This document shows positions 9,709 to 19,480 of a stretch of DNA of 64,000 nucleotides, piece by piece. Source of the DNA: Minisyncoccota bacterium (GTDB lineage Bacteria > Patescibacteriota > Minisyncoccia > Phycocordibacterales > Phycocordibacteraceae); NCBI GenBank assembly GCA_022842945.1, contig JALHOO010000001.1, positions 157,830 to 221,829 of the forward strand, read 5' to 3'. Under the pieces are notes generated by a model. The model worked only from the letters and a program-made list of their open reading frames with translations, had not been told where the DNA came from and made no database searches. Made by a program: the position numbers and the translations under genes. Each line of letters opens with the position of its first letter. Position 1 is the first letter of the stretch.

Positions 9709-9744
9709 GGGCTTGTAAGCCGTCCGCAAGGGCGGTTTTCATTT

Positions 9745-10356
9745 ATGCCAGTTATTGCAGTAGTAGCTCTTATGAGCTTTCTGTTTCTACCGGGTAGCGC
9801 AGGGGCACCGGCACATGCGGAGACGATTTCCGCGCCGACTGTTACCAGCGGGATGGCTGAAGAGCCTTCCAAACGTCTGGCTACCTCACGTGAGGTAGCC
9901 GATACCTACCAGGTTAGTATGACCGCTTACAATGCCGTTCCCGGACAGACAGATGACAACCCATTTGTCACCGCGAGCGGTATGGCCTCGAATCACGAGG
10001 TTGTGGCTGCGCGATCACGCGATATGGCGGCTGAACTCCCGTTCGGCACCGTCATACGCATAGAGCGCTCGACGAAGGACACCCCTTCGTGCCGTTTCGG
10101 CGAAGTCGAGCACTTGATCGGGTACCGCATTATTGCGGACACGATGCACCAGCGCTGGGTCCATAAAATTGATGTCCTCTTCGATATCAATGATACGGTC
10201 CCGGTAGAAGGTCGCGAAGTGAACCCGGCCATTGCGCTTGGGCACTGTGAAAGCGTAACAGCTACGGTTGTAGGAAAGGTGGATATGAAAAACCCACCAA
10301 CTACTCAGGCTGAGCTGGCTGCGATGTTCGCTACGCCGTCATACGCACTGCGTTAA
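9745..10356 (+). CDS. Secreted 3D-domain (MltA/YuiC/RlpA-like) cell-wall protein
   Basis: A signal peptide, and MTAYNAVPGQTDDNPFVTASG...GTVIRIE...IADTM...IDVLFD typical of a 3D domain. Confidence 0.7.
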   Translation: MPVIAVVALMSFLFLPGSAGAPAHAETISAPTVTSGMAEEPSKRLATSREVADTYQVSMTAYNAVPGQTDDNPFVTASGMASNHEVVAARSRDMAAELPFGTVIRIERSTKDTPSCRFGEVEHLIGYRIIADTMHQRWVHKIDVLFDINDTVPVEGREVNPAIALGHCESVTATVVGKVDMKNPPTTQAELAAMFATPSYALR

Positions 10357-10431
10357 TAAATGAATCTCCTTCATGAAGACCCGTACTCGTAAGAGCGCGG
10401 GTCTTCGTTCGTTTGGTATAGTACCTATAGT

Positions 10432-11667
10432 ATGAACATCACATTCAAAGCGTTCGTTGCCAGCGCACTCATGGCAACCTTTGTGCTTTCAGGAGTGGCA
10501 CCGATTACCGCGCATGCCGCAAGCAAGAAATCTTCAAAGATAGAAGTCTCTGGCTGGATCCCGTACTGGAGAACGGAGGCGGGCACCAGGGACGCTGGCA
10601 AGAACCTGTCTCTCATGACGGAGGTTAATCCGTTTAGCTACACGGTGCGCGCAGACGGAAGCCTCACCGATGCTATGAAGGTTGGCGGAAGCGACTGGCA
10701 GAAGCTCTTCAAAGACGCAAGGAAAAAGAAAGTTCTTGTGGTGCCAACTATTATGTGGAGCGACACGAACGCGATACACAACGTGCTCTCGAACCCCGTA
10801 ACCCGCACGGCGCACATAGAGGGTATTGTGAAGGCGGTAAACGATAATGATTTTGATGGCATCGATATAGACTACGAAGGTAAGAAAGCCGAGACCCGTG
10901 TCCACTTCTCTGCATTTCTTGAAGAACTCAAGGACGCACTCGGACGCGACAAGCTGCACTGCACTATCGAAGCTCGCATGCCGCTCTCTGCACGCTTCTC
11001 AGGCACGCCTCCCGCAAACATCGAATACGCAAACGATCTTAAGGAAGTGAACCGCCACTGTGATCGTGTGCGCATCATGACCTACGACCAGCAGACCGCA
11101 GACCTTGAGCTCAATAAGGTAGCGCGTGACGCGAAGGAGATATATGCACCGGTTGCTGACGTGAAGTGGGTAGAGAAGGTTGTGGAGTATATGGGCCAGG
11201 ACATCGACAAGAAGAAGATGGTACTCGGTATCCCTACCTACGGCTACATCTATCAGATCATGCCAAACACCAGTGGAACGGGATACAGCTACATCAAAAC
11301 CGAAGTATTCAATCCCGGATACGGCACACAGATTGCGAAGCAGTATGGCATAACCCCTGAGCGCAATCGCGCAGGAGAGTTGTCGTTGAGCTACGTGCCC
11401 AAAGACCAAGTCTCTACACTTCCGAACCAGAAAGAGCTTGCACGTCTTGCACCTAAGGGGACTACAAGTGCACGTCTCGCTAGTGCAGGCGCACTCGCAC
11501 TTGCAAAGAACACAGGACAGCAGGCACCGGTAACCTATCTAACCTGGAGCGATGCAGGAGCTATTAAGCAGAAGGTGGACCTTGCAAAGAAGCTTAAGCT
11601 CGCAGGTGTTGCGGTCTTTAAGATAGACGGAGGATCGGACCCGAAGATGTGGCGCGCACTGAGGTAG
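10432..11667 (+). CDS. Glycoside hydrolase family 18 (chitinase/peptidoglycan hydrolase-like), secreted
   Basis: A signal peptide, and the DFDGIDIDYEG catalytic motif (DxxDxDxE) of GH18. Confidence 0.75.
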   Translation: MNITFKAFVASALMATFVLSGVAPITAHAASKKSSKIEVSGWIPYWRTEAGTRDAGKNLSLMTEVNPFSYTVRADGSLTDAMKVGGSDWQKLFKDARKKKVLVVPTIMWSDTNAIHNVLSNPVTRTAHIEGIVKAVNDNDFDGIDIDYEGKKAETRVHFSAFLEELKDALGRDKLHCTIEARMPLSARFSGTPPANIEYANDLKEVNRHCDRVRIMTYDQQTADLELNKVARDAKEIYAPVADVKWVEKVVEYMGQDIDKKKMVLGIPTYGYIYQIMPNTSGTGYSYIKTEVFNPGYGTQIAKQYGITPERNRAGELSLSYVPKDQVSTLPNQKELARLAPKGTTSARLASAGALALAKNTGQQAPVTYLTWSDAGAIKQKVDLAKKLKLAGVAVFKIDGGSDPKMWRALR

Positions 11668-11681
11668 ACACAGTACAAAAG

Positions 11682-11712
11682 AAAAGACCCGCCTGAGCGG
11701 GTTTTTTCTTTT
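11682..11712. terminator. Bidirectional intrinsic terminator
   Basis: gacccgc-ctga-gcgggt followed by tttttctttt. Confidence 0.65.
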
Positions 11713-11717
11713 GTGAA

Positions 11718-11939
11718 CTACTTCGGGACCTCAAGTACGTCGTCCTTCTCAAGGGTTTCCATGCCCCCATCGCTGAAGGTTATTTCAACCTCGTTAGCAG
11801 CATTCGTGCGGTAGCTGGTTATAGTGCACTCCTTTCCATTGCGAACAACGGTATCGCGCACCTCGAGATCAGAGACCTTCTTTTCAAAGCTCTTCTCAGG
11901 ACTTGGTACAGGCTGGGGAAAGGATTCATGCATAGTCAT
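11718..11939 (-). CDS. Hypothetical small protein
   Basis: 73-aa ORF, convergent with GH18 and sharing its terminator. Confidence 0.4.
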   Translation of the reverse strand: MTMHESFPQPVPSPEKSFEKKVSDLEVRDTVVRNGKECTITSYRTNAANEVEITFSDGGMETLEKDDVLEVPK

Positions 11940-11967
11940 GGGTGGATTTTACCATAGAGCGTTTCTA

Positions 11968-12864
11968 CTAGTCGAAAAGAACACCCAAATACTTGTCTAG
12001 GGTTCGCTGGTCAAGGTCGTAGAAGGTCTCTTTCTCTTCGTGAAGACGTTCAGCCAGTTCGGTGCCAACGAAGCGCCAGTGCCACGGCTCGTACTGGTAG
12101 TACGAGTTGCCGCGAGGGTAGGAGAGTATGAAGCCGTATCGCCACGCGTTGTCAGTAAGCCACTCGTATTCGTCCGTCTTGTCGAAGCCTGCGAATGTGC
12201 CGCCAACAGAAGGCGTAGTGAGGTCAACGGTGGTACCCAGCTGGTGCTCCGAGTATCCTTGCTCCGCAGAGAAGGCATTGGCACCGCTTCCGTAGCGGAC
12301 GGTGTACGAGGACTTGAGTGCGGTCTGAGTGGCAAACGATCGATACGCAGACGCAACGAGAAGTGCCATGCCGTCCTTCGCAGACTCTTCAAGTAGATCA
12401 GTTAGGAACGGTTCCATCTGCGCATGTACCTCATAGGTACGATCCTTCTGGAAGACAAACAGAGAAGGGACTGGTGCAAGCGTGCTTGGTGCATAGTTCT
12501 CATTCAAGAAATACACCTTCGAGTACTTGGCGAGGAGTTCCGGATCGGTCTCAACAATCTTCTCGAGGTCCTGTACCTCTTCTGAAAGTTTTCGCACTGT
12601 CCGCTTTGAGTCGCTATGCTCCTCTTCAAGCAAACGAAGCTGCCCCTCAAGAGCAATGCTTTGAGACGTCTTCTCTTCAAGTCTTGCCTCGATCTCTGCT
12701 TCAGTCTTCGCATGCTCTTCCTGCATCTGTGCAAGTTCGAGTCTGGCTGAGGCAAGGTCGGTACTACTCTTCTGAATCCAGAAGATACCTCCGAAGAGAA
12801 CCCCTACACCAAGGATTCCCGCACCTATACCTGCCATCTGCTTCATGCGGGCATTGTCCCACAC
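11968..12864 (-). CDS. D-alanyl-D-alanine carboxypeptidase, VanY/peptidase M15 family, membrane-anchored with coiled coil
   Basis: SEHQLGTTVDL and EPWHWRF motifs of the M15B/VanY zinc peptidases. Confidence 0.7.
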   Translation of the reverse strand: MWDNARMKQMAGIGAGILGVGVLFGGIFWIQKSSTDLASARLELAQMQEEHAKTEAEIEARLEEKTSQSIALEGQLRLLEEEHSDSKRTVRKLSEEVQDLEKIVETDPELLAKYSKVYFLNENYAPSTLAPVPSLFVFQKDRTYEVHAQMEPFLTDLLEESAKDGMALLVASAYRSFATQTALKSSYTVRYGSGANAFSAEQGYSEHQLGTTVDLTTPSVGGTFAGFDKTDEYEWLTDNAWRYGFILSYPRGNSYYQYEPWHWRFVGTELAERLHEEKETFYDLDQRTLDKYLGVLFD

Positions 12865-12867
12865 CCG

Positions 12868-14916
12868 CTAGTCTTTCGCGATTTTCGACAGAATCTCCTC
12901 AATTTCAGCGAGGCCAGTGGGCTTCGTGAGGTGGTGGGTGAAGCCCGCTTTTTGAGCCTTGCGAATGTCTGATTCCTGGCCGTATCCCGTAAGAGCAATG
13001 AGAGTCGCTGCCACACGCTCGTCTTTGGTGAGTGCACGCGCTACGTCGTACCCCTCAATGTCAGGCAATCCAATATCAAGCAGGATAACGTCAGGGGCGT
13101 ATTCTGGAGCGCGTTCAATGGCGGATTCTCCGGTATAGACCGCCTCCGTCTCATTCCCGCGAAGGGCAAGAAGCTTGGCAAGTGAGTCTGCAGCGGCCTT
13201 GTTGTCGTCTACAACGAGAATGCGAAGACCTTCTCTTGTGTCCATAGAGCGGGGTACAGAATTAGGAGTGCTTGTAGAAGTTGGGTGGAAAGGGAGGCGT
13301 ACGATAAAGGTGCTTCCACGTCCTTCGCCGCCACTCTCGGCCACAATAGAGCCGCCGTGCATTTGTACGAGATTCTTGCTGAGCGAAAGACCAATACCAA
13401 GACCTGCGCGGAGCATGCCTGGCTGGTCTATCTGAAAGAAGGGCTCGAACACGTGCTCAAGCAAATGTGCATCCATACCGATGCCTGTGTCACTAACGGT
13501 AACAACTGCTTCGCTTCCTACAGTCTTCGCCGAGATCGTAATCTCTCCTCGAGGCTCCGTGTACTTCGCGGCGTTGTTAAGCAAGTTAACGAACACCTGC
13601 TCAAGGCGCACGGGGTCCGCCTCTATGAGAATGGCCTCTTTGGGGAGACTGGAGGTTAGAGTGTGCTCCCGCTCTCTCATAATCCCGTCCACCGTTCCCA
13701 TGCTGCGTACAAGAATAGCGTTCAGATCAACCTGCTCCTTCTGAAGGGATAACTTCTCCTTCGATATGCGCGATATATCAAGGAGGTCGTCGAGGAGATG
13801 CCTCATGGTTTTAAGGTGCGTGGTCATGCTTTCTGCAAGCATCGAGGCACGTACATTCTCCGCCTGCTCAAGTTTCATAATCTCAAGAGACGACATGAGT
13901 GGTGCAAGGGGATTGCGAAGCTCGTGTGCGAGGGTAGCAATAAAGCGACTCTTCGCCTCGTCCTCCTTTCGAATACGCTCCACGGCCTCCTCAAGGCTCT
14001 GTATGTTGCGCCTCAGATCGTTTGCCGTATCCTTGCGCTCCTCGGCAACGGTAACCAAGAGTAGGAACAAAGACGAGATCATAACAATGTATATTTCTGT
14101 TTGCAGGAGAGCGGGTGCGAGACTTGTGGCAGTGTCCGAAGATCGAACAAGCAATATCGTCCCGCCAAGCGCAAGTGCCGCATGCAGGAAGAGCGCAAGG
14201 GTCATAAACCGTGGACCAATGCGCAGCGCAATCCAGAGCAGAGGCACCAGTATGAGATATACGATAGGGACCTCGGCAATCTCTCGATACGCTGTCCAGT
14301 ACAGCAGCATACTCACAAAGACCACGCTTGCTATCGCAAACCATGCCTCAACATACTCTATGGGTGTACGTGAGAACTGTACGCGGGGTAGCCAGCGAAT
14401 GAGGAGAGGGGTAATAATCAGTACCGAGAGTATCTGACCAATCCACCACGGGATGAAGGTGCTCGTGCTCTGCACTACAGGGAAGTCCGCCAGAGCATAC
14501 GTTACGGTCCCGAGTGCTGGCCCAACGGCCGTGGCAAAGAGTGCAATAGTAATGAAGACAAGCGTATCGCGGACCTGCGAGAATGAGTTCACAAAGCCGA
14601 ACTTCCTGAGGAACCATGCGGCAACAACGGCCTGCAAGGTTGCGCCAAGAGCAAGACCAATAGCAACGAAGAGTGTCGCGCCTTTAAGGAGTTGTGCTAG
14701 GAATGCGGCGGCAAGGATGGCGGGCCATAACCCTACGCCGCCCAGTATGAGTCCGGCAAGGGCAATGCCTGACGTAGGCCATATGAGTGCAGGTGAGGCG
14801 CCAAGTGCGCTCTGAACATAGGCAAACACCTGTGCTGAGAGCAGACAGGCTACGAACAGTAGACTCATGTATACGAGATGCCTTCCGGAAAAGGTTGGAG
14901 GGAGAGTGGCGCGCAT
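12868..14916 (-). CDS. Hybrid sensor histidine kinase / response regulator with polytopic N-terminal membrane sensor
   Basis: HisKA H-box (HELRNPLAPL), HATPase_c G-boxes (GIGLSLSKNLVQMHGG), and a C-terminal receiver (ILVVDDNKAAADSLAKLL). Confidence 0.85.
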   Translation of the reverse strand: MRATLPPTFSGRHLVYMSLLFVACLLSAQVFAYVQSALGASPALIWPTSGIALAGLILGGVGLWPAILAAAFLAQLLKGATLFVAIGLALGATLQAVVAAWFLRKFGFVNSFSQVRDTLVFITIALFATAVGPALGTVTYALADFPVVQSTSTFIPWWIGQILSVLIITPLLIRWLPRVQFSRTPIEYVEAWFAIASVVFVSMLLYWTAYREIAEVPIVYLILVPLLWIALRIGPRFMTLALFLHAALALGGTILLVRSSDTATSLAPALLQTEIYIVMISSLFLLLVTVAEERKDTANDLRRNIQSLEEAVERIRKEDEAKSRFIATLAHELRNPLAPLMSSLEIMKLEQAENVRASMLAESMTTHLKTMRHLLDDLLDISRISKEKLSLQKEQVDLNAILVRSMGTVDGIMREREHTLTSSLPKEAILIEADPVRLEQVFVNLLNNAAKYTEPRGEITISAKTVGSEAVVTVSDTGIGMDAHLLEHVFEPFFQIDQPGMLRAGLGIGLSLSKNLVQMHGGSIVAESGGEGRGSTFIVRLPFHPTSTSTPNSVPRSMDTREGLRILVVDDNKAAADSLAKLLALRGNETEAVYTGESAIERAPEYAPDVILLDIGLPDIEGYDVARALTKDERVAATLIALTGYGQESDIRKAQKAGFTHHLTKPTGLAEIEEILSKIAKD

Positions 14917-15028
14917 GCGGGTAGAGGAAGTGGTTGTCTCTTAAGTCTACGGATTATTCATGAAGCCTACATGAAGAGAGGCTGTCTTGCGCGAAAGACC
15001 GCTGTACCCGTAGTATACGTACTACTAT

Positions 15029-15430
15029 ATGGGTAAATATGAACCAGGCGACTTCGCCCTTGTCGCTAAACGTTCCAGTGCCGGCATCGGTCTCTTTACA
15101 AACTCCTCCATACCAAAGGGCGCCTGTGTTATTGAGTACGTAGGCCGTACACTCTCAGAGAAGGAAACAGAGAACAGCAAGAGCAAGTATCTCTTTGAGA
15201 TATCAAAGAAGAAGACGATTGACGGCAAGCCTGCCATAAACAAAGCCGGATACATTAATCACGCATGCAAACCTAACTGCGAGACCAAGATACATGCCGG
15301 AAGGGTGTTCGTTATGGCCATCAAGAACATCAAGCCCGGGGAAGAGCTTACCTACGACTACGGAAAAGAATACTGCCTCGAACACTGCGTGCCGTGCCGC
15401 TGTCCGGCAGCGAAGCACCTCTACAGATAG
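15029..15430 (+). CDS. SET-domain protein (putative lysine methyltransferase)
   Basis: INHACKPNCE (NHSCxPN motif), ELTYDYG, and a post-SET-like CVPCRCP cysteine cluster. Confidence 0.7.
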   Translation: MGKYEPGDFALVAKRSSAGIGLFTNSSIPKGACVIEYVGRTLSEKETENSKSKYLFEISKKKTIDGKPAINKAGYINHACKPNCETKIHAGRVFVMAIKNIKPGEELTYDYGKEYCLEHCVPCRCPAAKHLYR

Positions 15431-15503
15431 CAGGACACGCCTGTCGAACCCCTCGAAGTTTTATATAGACGGCTCCACAGGTATCGGATTCTGCAGGGGC
15501 GCT

Positions 15504-16001
15504 CTAGGCCTTTGCCGGAAGTTTGTTCCAGTACGGTTCAGGATCAAACGTATTTCCAGCCGTATTCTGCTCTGCGTCTTTATACCTGCCCCACAGTGTC
15601 ATGTGTACACGCTTGGAGGCCATGTGCGTATGTGGGCCTGTTGAGCGCCCTGTGCTTCCTCCGTATCCCACAAGCGCACCCACGGAAAGATTCATACCAA
15701 CCCGAACAGGCGTGTTCGAAAGGTGCATGAACGTTATTTCAACCCGTGCTTTCATACCGTCTGGAAACTCATACTGACTACGGGATAGAAGACACACATA
15801 GAGACCTGAGCCGTTTGGTTCAACCGCAACCTTCGTTACCCGGCAATCAAACGGGGCATGGATAGGCTGTCCATGAGTCAGTGCGAGGTCTACGCCGTTA
15901 TGTAGCTCAAATCCAAACTCTCTGTACAGGACATCAGGTACGCCCCAGATACGAGTAACGATATGAGGTGTAACGGGGTAGTAGAGGGAGAGTCTCTGCA
16001 T
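15504..16001 (-). CDS. M23 family metallopeptidase (LytM-like)
   Basis: HNGVDLA and GYGGSTGRSTGPHTHM motifs. Confidence 0.75.
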   Translation of the reverse strand: MQRLSLYYPVTPHIVTRIWGVPDVLYREFGFELHNGVDLALTHGQPIHAPFDCRVTKVAVEPNGSGLYVCLLSRSQYEFPDGMKARVEITFMHLSNTPVRVGMNLSVGALVGYGGSTGRSTGPHTHMASKRVHMTLWGRYKDAEQNTAGNTFDPEPYWNKLPAKA

Positions 16002-16049
16002 AGCACAATCCTAGCACCGGTCTCATGAAGTCTTCACGCACATTCTGCA

Positions 16050-16433
16050 ATGCTACAGCGGTCTATCCCTAATCATTTCTCTATGGACCCGTATGTAGCC
16101 CCATCAACCAAGCCCCTGTACCGCGGCACCCAGATTGTCTGGTACATCCTCGGTGTGCTTGAGATACTCCTCGCGTTCCGTTTTGTGTTGAAGCTCCTTG
16201 GTGCCAACGCATCAGCAGGATTCACCAACTTCATCTACACACTCTCGTATCCGTTTACGCTTCCGTTCTCAAGCGTGTTCGGTGTAAGCCAAGTGTCCGG
16301 AAGCATCTTTGAGTGGACCACGCTCCTAGCAATGGCAGTGTACTGGCTCGTTGCGCTCGGTCTCATAAAGATCCTCACCATGAGCAAGGCCGTAACAACG
16401 CCAGAAGCAGCCGTAAAGCTCGACAATCAATAG
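16050..16433 (+). CDS. yggT: YggT family membrane protein
   Basis: FRFVLKLLGAN motif and two YGGT-like repeats; the adjacent gene is a YggU homologue. Confidence 0.65.
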   Translation: MLQRSIPNHFSMDPYVAPSTKPLYRGTQIVWYILGVLEILLAFRFVLKLLGANASAGFTNFIYTLSYPFTLPFSSVFGVSQVSGSIFEWTTLLAMAVYWLVALGLIKILTMSKAVTTPEAAVKLDNQ

Positions 16434-16446
16434 AAGACACAAAGAG

Positions 16447-16478
16447 AAAAGGCGCGCTCACATGAGCGCGCCTTTTCT
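16447..16478. terminator. Bidirectional terminator
   Basis: aaaaggcgcgctc-acatg-agcgcgcctttt. Confidence 0.65.
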
Positions 16479-16484
16479 TTCTTC

Positions 16485-16748
16485 CTATCCCTTCCACATG
16501 TCTTCGAATGCCTTGCGTGCGTCTTCGTCTGTGGCTCCTGGGTTGTCGCGCTTATAGTTCTCGAACCATTCTGCCATAGCTTTAAAGTCCGCATCGAACT
16601 TCTCTTTGTCGGGTGCGGCTTCTCTCGCCTCCATCAATTGGTCAAAGTCCTGTGCCTTCTCTTGCGCCATAGCCGCAAACACACCAATGATGACACCAAC
16701 GGCAACAAGCACGATACCTATAAGAATCTTCTTAGTGGTTGGGTTCAT
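16485..16748 (-). CDS. Small membrane-anchored protein
   Basis: An N-terminal TM (ILIGIVLVAVGVIIGVFAAMA) then a charged domain. Started at the internal Met; the ORF runs to 16841. Confidence 0.45.
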   Translation of the reverse strand: MNPTTKKILIGIVLVAVGVIIGVFAAMAQEKAQDFDQLMEAREAAPDKEKFDADFKAMAEWFENYKRDNPGATDEDARKAFEDMWKG

Positions 16749-16808
16749 GTAGAGCAGTATAGGAAACCCAGATGAAGGAGACCTGAAGGCTGTGCTAGCG
16801 TAGAGGGA

Positions 16809-17051
16809 ATGTATATCCATGTACGCGCCACCGCCGGGCACAAACAGGAGTCTCTGGAGCAGCTATCAGAGACACACTTCTCTATAACAGTGCGGGAGGA
16901 AGCTGAGCGGAACCAGGCGAACCGTCGTATCGTTGAGCTCGTTGCTGAGCACTACGGGCTCCCCAAGGGAAGGGTGCGTATCGTGAACGGGCACCACAGT
17001 CCTTCCAAACTCCTCTCAGTGTCTTTCGACGAACCTAAATCGGACGGATAA
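16809..17051 (+). CDS. yggU: DUF167/YggU-like protein
   Basis: ANRRIVELVAEHYGLPKGRVRIVNGHHSPSKLLSV matches the UPF0235 pattern, and yggT-yggU synteny is conserved. Confidence 0.6.
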   Translation: MYIHVRATAGHKQESLEQLSETHFSITVREEAERNQANRRIVELVAEHYGLPKGRVRIVNGHHSPSKLLSVSFDEPKSDG

Positions 17052-17883
17052 CGAACGAGTCAATAGAGATGGCACCTTCTGCACTCACGGAATACGTGAA
17101 GTCTGCGGTGTACGCATTGTGTCCATCCTCGTATGACACGACGCCTGCACCGTTCTCGGTTTCTATGCTGGTTACATAGTATGTTCCGCCAAGTACCTCA
17201 GGCTCCGGAGAAAGACGAGAGATATTGTCTGCAATGTACTGGTCTATGCTTGCAAGCTCTTTTGGTGCCTCCGCAAACGTTACGCTTTTTGCAATTGCGC
17301 GAATGGCGTCTACGTTAGCTTCCGCAAGATTCTGATTCAACGGCGCATGTACCACGAGCACCTTTGAAGCACCCGCATCTCCCTGCATAAGGAATACGTA
17401 GTACGGTCCTTTCTGTACGTTCTCAACGGCGCCCGTGCTGAACGTCTTCAACTCGCCTTTGAGATACACCTCAAATCCTGCAGCTCCCGCGTTCGTTAAG
17501 AAGGGCATACCGCGATCTAGTCCCGTGCAGGTAAACGAAGCCTCAGGGCCGTCTGCAGCACAGAGGTCGGCAAGGCTCCGGCTTGCGGCTGCCATGAAGG
17601 TCTCCCCGGGTTCTCCTTGGATACTAGCGACGCGCACATCAGCAATACCGTCTATACCGCCCTCGGTGAGAGTACCGATGGTTGCCATATCAGGTGTGTA
17701 GACAAGAATGTCGAGCTCACCCGGGTACGAGAGCGCGTAGCCGTGGTCTGTGTTTTGGTACGTCTCGGCAGATACTGCAGCGGGTGTCTCAACGGTGTCG
17801 TTCTTTTCAAAAGCGTATACCGCAATGGTTACGAGGACAATAACACCAATGATGCTGAGGATGACGGAGGTGGTTCTGTTCAT
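17035..17883 (-). CDS. Membrane-anchored/secreted hypothetical protein
   Basis: 282 aa with an N-terminal TM anchor. Confidence 0.5.
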   Translation of the reverse strand: MNRTTSVILSIIGVIVLVTIAVYAFEKNDTVETPAAVSAETYQNTDHGYALSYPGELDILVYTPDMATIGTLTEGGIDGIADVRVASIQGEPGETFMAAASRSLADLCAADGPEASFTCTGLDRGMPFLTNAGAAGFEVYLKGELKTFSTGAVENVQKGPYYVFLMQGDAGASKVLVVHAPLNQNLAEANVDAIRAIAKSVTFAEAPKELASIDQYIADNISRLSPEPEVLGGTYYVTSIETENGAGVVSYEDGHNAYTADFTYSVSAEGAISIDSFVIRPI

Positions 17884-18351
17884 GGTTCCTAGTATACGTC
17901 AGGGCTTCATGAGACGCACAGGCTCTCTGTAGTTCAATGTAGGCATGGCAGATCCAAAACAACATCCACATACTGAGACTCGGAGAAGAGAGGAAAAGAA
18001 ACGTGAACAGCCAGGAGGCTGGAAGGCTGGACGAGTGCATCAGAAGGGAGGTGCACCAACCTCAAACAAGGCGACGGGAGGGAAGATGGCTCGCTGAATA
18101 GCGAAAGGGCGCACGGAATCTCCGTGCGCCCCAAGGCCTCCAGCAGTGCTGGTCTTACTCGCTAGCGAGCTGGCTTGCGAGCATCCTTTGCGGCCTGCTT
18201 GATAGCAAGACGCTTCTTGGTCTTTGGAGGACTCTTCCTCGGCTTTTTTGGGCTAACCCCGTGACTGTTTGCGGCCATAGATTTAAATTAGGTGTGACTA
18301 CACCATACTACGAAATGGGATAAAAATCGCCTTGCAGGTCTGCGACAGTGA

Positions 18352-18546
18352 TTACATCTTTTTGCCGTACCCGTAGCTTCGGTAGCCGAGATACCCAGCG
18401 AGGGCTACAGCAACCCAACTAAATGAAACAGGTATGGCAATGCCTCCAACTATGGCTTCCCAGCCATAGAAAGCACGCATAAGGTGCGCAACTGCTACAA
18501 GGAGGAATACTCCTGATACAAGGTAATAGAACGTTTGTTTGCTCAT
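18352..18546 (-). CDS. Small membrane protein (2 TM)
   Basis: 64 aa, hydrophobic. Confidence 0.4.
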   Translation of the reverse strand: MSKQTFYYLVSGVFLLVAVAHLMRAFYGWEAIVGGIAIPVSFSWVAVALAGYLGYRSYGYGKKM

Positions 18547-18620
18547 GGGTGTATCGTAACATGCCTAAACTAATCACCCCCTAAATAGAAAGAACCATGC
18601 ATTACATGGCTCTTTCAGTT

Positions 18621-18694
18621 TGCTCCGCGGGCAGGATTCGAACCTGCGACCAATCGATTAACAGTCGACTGCTCTACCGCTGAGCTACCGCGGA
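18621..18694 (-). tRNA. tRNA-Asn (anticodon GTT)
   Basis: Cloverleaf folded by hand: acceptor TCCGCGG/CCGCGGA, anticodon loop CTGTTAA, T-loop GGTTCGAATCC. CCA is not encoded. Confidence 0.8.
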
Positions 18695-18805
18695 ATGGTA
18701 GTTGCCCTCAACGTGAGGGCCTCACTATACTAGGCCTAAACCCCACATTGGGCAACCTGTGGGCTTGCTATACTGAAGGTATACACACCTAACTCCAATC
18801 TTCCT

Positions 18806-19048
18806 ATGCCCATACTCTATGTTCGACCCGGCTGTCCCTATTCGCACAAAGTGCTCCTTGAGGCTGAAGAATTGGGTGTTACGTTCGAGCTTAAGAACGT
18901 AAATGATCCTGCTATTGCGGACGAGCTCGTAGCTCGAGGTGGGAAGCTCCAGATGCCATACCTCGTAGATGAGGAGCATCGCGTAGAAATGTACGAGTCA
19001 GACGACATCATTGCTCATCTTCACGAGTCCTTTACTCCAAAACCCTAG
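18806..19048 (+). CDS. Glutaredoxin/NrdH-like thioredoxin-fold protein
   Basis: CPYS active-site motif; 80 aa. Confidence 0.7.
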   Translation: MPILYVRPGCPYSHKVLLEAEELGVTFELKNVNDPAIADELVARGGKLQMPYLVDEEHRVEMYESDDIIAHLHESFTPKP

Positions 19049-19111
19049 ACTGGGGGAGTGGAGGGACTCGAGCAGGTCCATGTTTTATGAGCGTGTAATC
19101 AACCAGACTCC

Positions 19112-19480
19112 ATGCAAATTAACTTCAAAGGTTCCAATTATGAGCTTCCGTCGAACATCAGTGCACTCGCGAAGCGTAAGGTAGACGGCCTCGCTAAGTA
19201 TCTCGGAAAGGGGAAAGAGAACGCTCGTGCGTATGTAGACCTAGGCAAGGAAACTGAAGCGCACCAGAACGGAAAGATCTGGCGTGCAGACATTAACTTT
19301 GACGTAGACGGTAACCGCTTCTATGCGAAAGCTGTAGAGGAGAGCATTGAGGTTGCCATAGATCGCTCCGTGAGCGAGCTTGCACGGGAACTCCAAACCG
19401 CACGCAAGCGCGAACAGAGTCTTGCGAAGAAAGGAGGAAGCATCATCAAGTCCATGATGCGCGGAGGACTCTCTGCTTAA
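19112..19480 (+). CDS. hpf: Ribosome hibernation promoting factor (RaiA/HPF, S30AE family), short form
   Basis: MQINFKGSNYELPSNISALAKRKVDGLAKYL...ADINFDVDGNRFYAKAVEES is typical. Confidence 0.75.
   Translation: MQINFKGSNYELPSNISALAKRKVDGLAKYLGKGKENARAYVDLGKETEAHQNGKIWRADINFDVDGNRFYAKAVEESIEVAIDRSVSELARELQTARKREQSLAKKGGSIIKSMMRGGLSA

Noticed and set aside
13766-14437. 223-aa plus-strand ORF.
   Set aside because: Antisense inside the hybrid histidine kinase gene.
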